From: Dicyema japonicum
Lineage: Eukaryota; Animalia; Dicyemida
Direction of reading: 5' to 3'
Assembly: GCA_011109175.1 (NCBI GenBank)
Contig: RDEW01000008.1
Span: 129,228-193,227 of the forward strand
Length of the DNA: 64,000 nt
The notes beneath the pieces were generated by a model that saw only the letters and a list, made by a program, of their open reading frames with translations, searched no databases and had not been told where the DNA came from. Positions 63,365-64,000 of this stretch are shown here, piece after piece. A program made the position numbers and the translations under genes. The number at the start of each line of letters is the position of its first letter. Positions within the stretch are counted from its first letter, which is position 1.

Positions 63365-63425
63365 GGTGGAAGTGTAGGAATCTAACTCGCAGCCAATCGT
63401 GAGTGAAAGCACTACCCATTATCTA
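63365..63425 (-). other. Degenerate tRNA-like (SINE head) sequence
   Basis: The reverse complement GTTAGATAATGGGTAG...GCGAGTTAGATTCCTAC has decayed A-box and B-box spacing. Confidence 0.25.
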
Positions 63426-64000
63426 ACATCGAAAAAGGAATCATCAAGAAAAAAGAGTTAAACCATCAATTAAGAGACTTCGACAGGAATGAGAGGTTTT
63501 TGCTGTGTTCTATCATAGTACCACAGCTTTTCTGAATCCAATCGTTATTCTTAAATAAGAATTTGGAAAGACGTTGGTTTTTTCTCAAATTTACATGTTT
63601 TGCCGACTTGTATAGCTGATTAGTAGAAACGATAGGATTCGGAGCCGCATAGTAATGAAGCTGGAATTGTTGTTCAAGATTCTCACGTTGTCGAGTAATG
63701 GAGGAATAGTTAAAGAGAGAAATTGATAATGTTAACTATATTTTCAATAATTAAAGATATTTAATAAAAAATGGTAATGAAATATCTTTTATCATAGATA
63801 TTTAATATATAATTATATCAAAAAATTAAGATAAAAATTTAAATAAAATAAAATTTGACCTAATAAAATTTAGATTACATGAACAGGACTATTCTTTATA
63901 TCATAATTATTCTGTTTAGCAAAATAGTCAAAATAAAATGTGATAAGAAATATATTAATTGATTCATATGTAATTTATAAGAATCCTTCTAAAGTATATT

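Overview
AT-rich eukaryotic DNA consisting almost entirely of decayed and nested transposable elements. The TTG/GTG starts in the ORF track are not meaningful here, and most listed ORFs are antisense shadows of retroelement ORFs. Non-LTR retrotransposons include Jockey/I-like elements, Ingi-like elements with an N-terminal 2A-like DVExNPGP, several RTE-like copies, CRE-like and R4/NeSL-like restriction-endonuclease types, and a tRNA-derived SINE. DNA transposons include a Tc1 with IR/DR-type TIRs, pogo/Tigger, a hAT MITE, a Merlin-like MITE and Ginger-like integrase remnants. One credible host gene (4991-5596, double PHD finger plus SAM domain) can be assembled only with 25-nt and 22-nt GT-AG introns and one 1-nt frameshift. 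This points to a reduced metazoan with ultrashort introns, such as a dicyemid (inference). Four structures stand out: (1) a 3.5-copy, about 1.62-kb tandem array whose unit is a deletion-collapsed copy of the adjacent CRE::RTE nested locus; (2) a composite of an antisense LINE 3' end and an RTE 5' leader present three times; (3) a covarying 3' stem-loop over the LINE stop codon; (4) two complementary-deleted 2A-APE-RT elements. All calls come from reading motifs by eye; no database searches were run.
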